64,000 nt of DNA from Octopus sinensis (Eukaryota): assembly GCF_006345805.1 (NCBI RefSeq), contig NC_043013.1, forward strand, positions 43,028,001-43,092,000, read 5' to 3'. This document shows positions 23,160 through 64,000 of the stretch, one piece after another. The position numbers were made by a program, and so were the translations under genes. The notes under the pieces were generated by a model that saw only the letters and a list, made by a program, of their open reading frames with translations, did not search any database and was not told where the DNA came from. Position 1 is the first letter of the stretch. Each line of letters begins with the position of its first letter.

Positions 23160-23545
23160 CTTTCACTTGTTTCAGTCATTTGACTGCGGCCATGCTGGAG
23201 CACCACCTTTAGTCGAGCAGATCGACCCCGGGACTTATTCTTTGTAAGCCCAGTACTTATTCTATCGGTCTCTTTTTGCCGAACCGCTAAGTTACGGGGA
23301 CGTAAACACACCAGCATCGGTTGTCAAGCGATGTCGGGGGGGACAAACACAGACACACAAACACATATATATATTCATATATGCGACGGGCTTCTTTCAG
23401 TTTCCGTCTACCAAATCCACTCACAAGGCATTGGTCGGCCCGAGGCTATAGCAGAAGATACTTGCCCAAGATGCCACGTAGTGGGACTGAACCCGGAACC
23501 ATGTGGTTGGTAAGCAAGCTACTTACCACACAGCCACTCCTGCGC
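23160..23545 (-). mobile_element. SINE family 1 (full length, young)
   Basis: Close to the family consensus seen at 51420..51830. Confidence 0.85.
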
Positions 23546-23660
23546 CTACGTACTGTAAGAATTCTTATTTATTCCCATATGCATTTCTCTTTAAATGCTT
23601 CATGTAAGCATTCTAAACTGTAAGTGTTTTAAAATAATTATTTTCAAGAAAATACTTCTT

Positions 23661-23804
23661 GGCGATCCTTCGGTATAAGTACACACGTGGCTTTGTTTAC
23701 ATTTCTGAAGATAACAGAAACCCTTTCCTCCCGCCCCCCCCCCCATATATAAAAAAAACAACACTTTCTTGAAACGTATCCGGTACTTATACCGAAGTTA
23801 CGCC
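23661..23804. mobile_element. Merlin-like MITE (144 bp)
   Basis: TIR ggcgatccttcggtataagtac / gtacttataccgaagttacgcc; no clean TSD. Confidence 0.6.
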
Positions 23805-24391
23805 CATATCTTTTGCTTGTTTCAGCAGGAACACCGTCTTGAAGGATTTAGTTGAAGAAATAGACCAGATTGCATTTTTTTAAAGTCTGGCACTTATACT
23901 ATCGCGGCTGTTTTGCTGAACCAATAAGTTACAGGGAACGTAAACAAACGAACACCGGTTGTCAAACGGTGGCAGAGAGAGAGACAAAACACATTGATTG
24001 CTGCAAGCCCTTCGCAAACGAAGGGCTTCCTCAGTTTCCGTCTGCTAAATTCCCAAGGTATTAGTCGGCCTGTGACTAAAGAAGACACTTGCTCAAAGTG
24101 GCGCGCAGAGTGACTTAACCCGAAACAACGTGGGTTGCATTCCGTTTTGTGTGTTTGCGCGCGAACTTATTTCTCTCTGAATAAAAAAAAAAAATTCTAT
24201 CGGAATGCGTCTTAGTTATAAGCATAGAAACCAGTTTCCTGTTACGGAACCTCACCTTACGACAAGATTTTCAGGAACGCGGTGTTCCGTAAGGTAGGTG
24301 TTGCCTGCAAGTACAAGCAGGATAGAATGAAGAGAAGACTGTTAGGAATTTGAGGGTCATTGTCATAGCAATGCTTTACAGCTTGACACTT

Positions 24392-24405
24392 GTGCCATCT
24401 GGTGG
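24392..24405 (-). promoter_or_regulatory. CTCF-consensus motif upstream of copy B
   Basis: Reverse strand CCACCAGATGGCAC matches core consensus CCASYAGRKGGCRS, ~160 bp upstream of the ATG in a CpG-retaining promoter-like segment. Confidence 0.4.
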
Positions 24406-24566
24406 CAACGACAAACGAAGCAGCTTCAACGTCACCACGCAAAAAAAGGGAGATAACTGTTGTGTAGATAAATAAAACTTTAATTGCGTCCTTAAGTTTT
24501 TGCTTCAACGTGAAATCAGTGGACAACGACACTCGGTATTTACTCACACATATAATTCATCACACC

Positions 24567-59777
<35,211 letters not shown>

Positions 59778-60009
59778 AACCCAAACTGAGGACCAAGGGG
59801 TGGGAGTCTTGGCAGGGTGTTTGACTCGGAGGGGCAGATGGAACCTGAGACAGATAATAAAACCCTGCCCTACAGCCATATATCACCCCCAACCTTCATT
59901 CCAATTGTCACTTAGTGTTTGGTTCCTGAGCATCCAATCATATTTCTGTCCTTCCATATTTTTTTAACTGACACATGTGCACACACACAAATGTGTGTGT
60001 GTACACATA

Positions 60010-61648
60010 CACCCAGAATCACACTAATAGCTTAGGAGTGAATTTAGGATTTCTCAGTTTTCCGTTATGTTTTTATTATTCTGTGTACCGTAATTTCTAT
60101 TTTTATTTCAGATTCTTCAGTTTTTGGGTGAACCACGCTAACAGCTTTTGAATGAAAATAGCCCATCTAGACATTTGTTTTTAGAAAATGAATAATAATG
60201 ATACATATTAAGCATACACTGTGTATATATTTAATAGAAAACCATAATAATATTATAACATTGACATAATGAATTATTTAGCCACATGAGCGCCATTTTG
60301 ACGGATAACTTCAAAAACTATACTAGTCATAGAAGGCAGCGAGCTGGCAGAATTGTTAGCATGCCAGGCAAAATGCTTCGTGGTATTTCATCTGCTACTG
60401 TGTTCTGAGTTCAAATTCCACCACCGAGGTCAACTTTCCTTTCGTCCTTTCGGAGTCCATAAATTAAGTTCCAGTTGTGTACTGGGGTCAATCCGATCGA
60501 CTGGCCCCATACTCTGAAATTTCAGGCCTTGTGTTTATTATGATAGAAAGGAATTTCTTAATAGCAGCAGGTTGGACTGCCTCTTCTGCAGCTTTGATGG
60601 TTGCCCATAAAACATCTTTTGATGTAAATTGGCATCCATCGGCATAAACATCTTGTTTAATGATGGATCAAAAATTTTCAATAGGGTTGAGAACTGGTGA
60701 TGCTCATGGCCACACCATCAACCTCTCACCTTGTATGTTGTAAGGCCCTAGGAATGCTTGGGTGGTCCTAGCAGAGTGGGAGGGAGCATTGTCATGCATG
60801 AATACGAGATTCTTTAGAAGTGACAGCAGTATGTCATCTAACCAGGGATCCAAGACCTCCTTCAGGAGATTGCAGTAGGCTGCTACAGTCACTTTAAACT
60901 CTTCAGGCACCCTGACTGGGCTAACAAGTCTGTCACCAATGATACCAGCCTACAACATGACTCCCTCACCCTGTTGTTGATGTCGTAAACGTTGGTGACG
61001 CTCATCTCCAAAATAGACCGAACCTTTTTGCCCAACCATCAGGTTCGTCAAGGGTCGCCTTGGTTTCATCAGTGAATAGAACACAACTGAGTTTAATGTC
61101 GTATCATTGGGCCCATTGAAGCCTCAAACTCCTGTGACGAGGCAGTTTCAGGGGTTGTCGCATTGAAGCCATGGTCCAAAGGATGTAATTTCTGGTGGGT
61201 TTTGGTACATGAGGAAGTCTGGAGGCAGTGAAAATGGCTTTGCTTGTTTGTGCAGGTTTCCCCACATAAGTTGCAGCTAATATTCCTTAAATCCCTAACT
61301 GTCATACTCTTGGTGGTCCCACAATTGGATCATTTCTTGTTTGGCTCTCATGTGGCTAAATAATTCATTATGTCAATAAATATTATATTATTATTATGGT
61401 TTTCTGTTAAATATATACACAATGCATGCTTGGAAGAAAAAAAATGTCTAGATGGGCTGTCTTCATTCAAAAGCTGTTAGTGTGGTTCACCCCAAAACTG
61501 AAGAATATGAAATAAAAACAAAAAAAAAACCCCAAAGAAATCACGTTACACAGGTTTAATGAAAGCTGGGAAAAATTTATCAAAATCAATTCACAGAAAA
61601 CCGAGAAATCCTAATTTCACTCCTAAGCTATTATTGTGTTTCTGTGTG
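60010..61648 (-). mobile_element. Tc1 (DD34E-like) transposon with ~280-300-bp TIRs, containing a family 3 SINE
   Basis: TIRs 60010..~60290 and ~61345..61648; relic VFMHDNAPSHSAR...MVWP*ASPVLNPIENF*SIIKQDVY on the - strand; SINE at 60335..60540. Confidence 0.85.
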
Positions 61649-61652
61649 TGTG

Positions 61653-61696
<44 letters not shown>

Positions 61697-61950
61697 CACA
61701 CACACTCAGATCCATCTTCCTATCTCCATACCACTCCTCTTTTACTGTCTTTATTTATTTCCTGCATTCTGTTCTTATCTTTCTATTATTTCCCCTACTT
61801 CACTTATTTGAATATATTAACAATGAAAGAGGAGATGGGGAAGAACCCAGACATTGTATTTACTAGGTGGTGGGAGATGGGGGGAAAAGAGCAACTAAAG
61901 AATGTAATAAAGAAGTAAAAAGAGACCACATAGAATGTAATATATGGAAA

Positions 61951-61956
61951 AATAAA
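61951..61956 (+). terminator. Candidate distal polyadenylation signal, copy B
   Basis: AATAAA in the block homologous to 20690-20750. Confidence 0.4.
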
Positions 61957-62899
61957 TTTTATTCACTACAAAACACAAAGGATTTTGATTGTCATTTCTC
62001 ACTGCTTCATGTACTCTTCTTAACCTTGCTTTATACCTCTGTTGTTTCCTTTACTCTCTCTGAATCCTGTTTCTTTACTACCCACAAGGGGCTAAACACA
62101 GAGGGGACAAACAAGAACAGACAAATGGATTAAGTCGATTACATCGACCCCAGTGCATAACTGGTACTTAATTTATCAACCCCGAAAGGATGAAAGGCAA
62201 AGTCGACCTCGGCGGAATTCGAACTCAGAACGTAACGGCAGATGAAATACGGCTACGCATTTCGCTCGGCGTGCTAACGGTTCTGCCAGCTCACCTCTGA
62301 ATCCCTGTTACTGCTGTTATGTTAGTGTCTTCACCGGTAAGAAGACCCTATTTATGTTTGTATTTGGAGCATGTAGAGTTGATGGACCTGCTCCTCCTTC
62401 GTATCTTCTCTCCTTCCTTAAAAAAACTGTTCGGGTGGATTGAACATATGAGGGACAAATGGTCTGTTGGCATATAGCTTTCAGATTTGTTGGGGTTTAC
62501 TAACTTCCCTGGTTATGTCATCAAAACAGCCTACTGTAGTGAGATGTTGGTTTATATCTTAGCAATGTCTCAATTTGTTGAGACTAACCTATTTCTTAAA
62601 CTTTCGGTGCTTTTGACTCCCTAGTCAGTCACCATGTGTAATTATGATTCTTCAAAATTGTACATAACATAAATTTGAAAAAAATTTTAGATAAAAGGGA
62701 AAACTGAAAACCTTTTTGAATTTAATATCATCCTCCTTTTCCAGACTCTCTCCATGTTGGTATGGTTTCTATGACTGCATGTCCTTCCTAATGCCAACCA
62801 CTTTTGTTATGGAGCGTACTGAATGCGTTTTTATTGGCACCATCACTAGAAAGATTTTCGATAGGGTTGAGAACTGGTGATAAAGTTCCTAGCCATCAT

Positions 62900-63130
62900 C
62901 ACAGTCGTACCTCTTTTATTTCTATTAAAAAGTGTGTTTCAAAGCTAACTACTTTCTCCAATAAACTCTTTATTATATCTTTCCCAATGGGAACATATCA
63001 ATGTTCCTACACACAACAAAAGTTATGCTGCTACTTTGACATCCAGGAAGCTTTCGACTGTTTCTCAAACTATAAACTTAGACTTAAAATACTGGTCACT
63101 GAGCTTCACACAGAGCTTCACTGGAACTTC
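62900..63130 (+). mobile_element. LINE RT fragment
   Basis: CCYFDIQEAFDCF..KLRLKIL resembles the D(I/F)xKAFD RT motif. Confidence 0.45.
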
Positions 63131-63269
63131 TCTGTTTTGATGGGGATTTTTTTTTTTCCATTAGGCCATGGAGTAGGATTTTAACTCAGAATGCAAAGCG
63201 CAGGAATAAATAAATACAGGGACGTAAACACATCAGCATCAGTTGTCAAGCGATGGTGGGGACAAACAC

Positions 63270-64000
63270 ATACTAGCTGTAAAAAAAAATGTGTAGAATA
63301 CGAATACGAAAAAAATATTTTTGCACAAACGAATGGGTGGGGAGAGGACCTTTGGAAAATTCACAAGATCCGATTTTTCCCTCATAACTTACTGGAAAAT
63401 GGATATATATTATTAAAATTTTAGAAACATCGTTCAAATGGCACAAATTACGATTATAAAGAAGTTTGTGGGGGAAATATTTTCCGATGGGATGGGAGAG
63501 AACTGTCAGAAAATTCACACGATCCGGTTTTTTTCCTCCTCATAACTATCAGGAAAATGGATATCTTTTGATGAAATTTTACAGAAATACCTTTCAAACA
63601 GCATAGATTATGGTTAAAAAGAAATTTGTGGGAAAAATGTTTTCCGAAGGGGTGGGGAGAGTATTGTCGGAAAGTTCACACGATCAGTTTTCCCCTCTCA
63701 TAACTTTCAGGATCTAGTTTAGTGCCTGGTCACCAAAACGACAAAAAAAAAAAGACTATTAGGTGTAAAAAAATGTGTACAAAACGAATATGAGAAAAAA
63801 AATTACGCAAACAAACGGAGGTGGGGGAGATGACTTCAGAAAATTCACACGATCTGATTTTTTCCCTCATAACTTTCAGGAAAATGGATATTTTTCAATG
63901 GGGAAAAAATTTGGAAAAATCCCCGTCAAAATGGAGAAATTCCAACTTTCCTAATCTGAAACTCCTCTCCCCACCCAGAAAAAAATTCCTGCAAATTTCT
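63270..64000. repeat. Degenerate ~150-170-bp tandem repeat running off the window
   Basis: aaattcacacgatc..tttccctcataact..ggaaaatggatat..gggtggggaga recurs about four times. Confidence 0.75.

Noticed and set aside
62838-62880. Second Tc1 copy suggested by a ~25-bp match to 60680-60705
   Set aside because: Too short, with no flanking transposase or TIR; may be chance or a tiny fragment.

Overview
AT-rich, repeat-dense eukaryotic genomic DNA, most likely an octopus or other coleoid cephalopod (inferred from the SINE and DNA-transposon families). It holds two head-to-tail paralogues of the SAFB/SLTM family (SAP domain, acidic linker, RRM, Glu/Arg coiled coil, low-complexity tail), both on the + strand. 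Copy A is cut off at its 5' end by the window (14-15 exons, 2319-20257). Copy B is complete (17 exons, 24567-59777, 816 aa; my exon chain closes in frame). The paralogues diverge asymmetrically. Copy A keeps a canonical RRM and has an internal exon duplication that yields alternative in-frame coiled-coil modules. Copy B has a strongly altered RRM, lacks three linker exons and has a long-TIR Tc1 element in its 3' region. Both copies share a candidate 42-nt stop-containing (poison) exon preceded by a highly conserved intron block, and a 199-bp tract that is 100% identical. Introns contain several SINE families, RTE and CR1/L2-type LINE relics, Tc1/mariner, piggyBac, Merlin-like, Helitron and Chapaev-like relics, and a tiny LTR element. 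All gene models, alignments and identity figures were derived by hand from sequence alone, with no transcript evidence.
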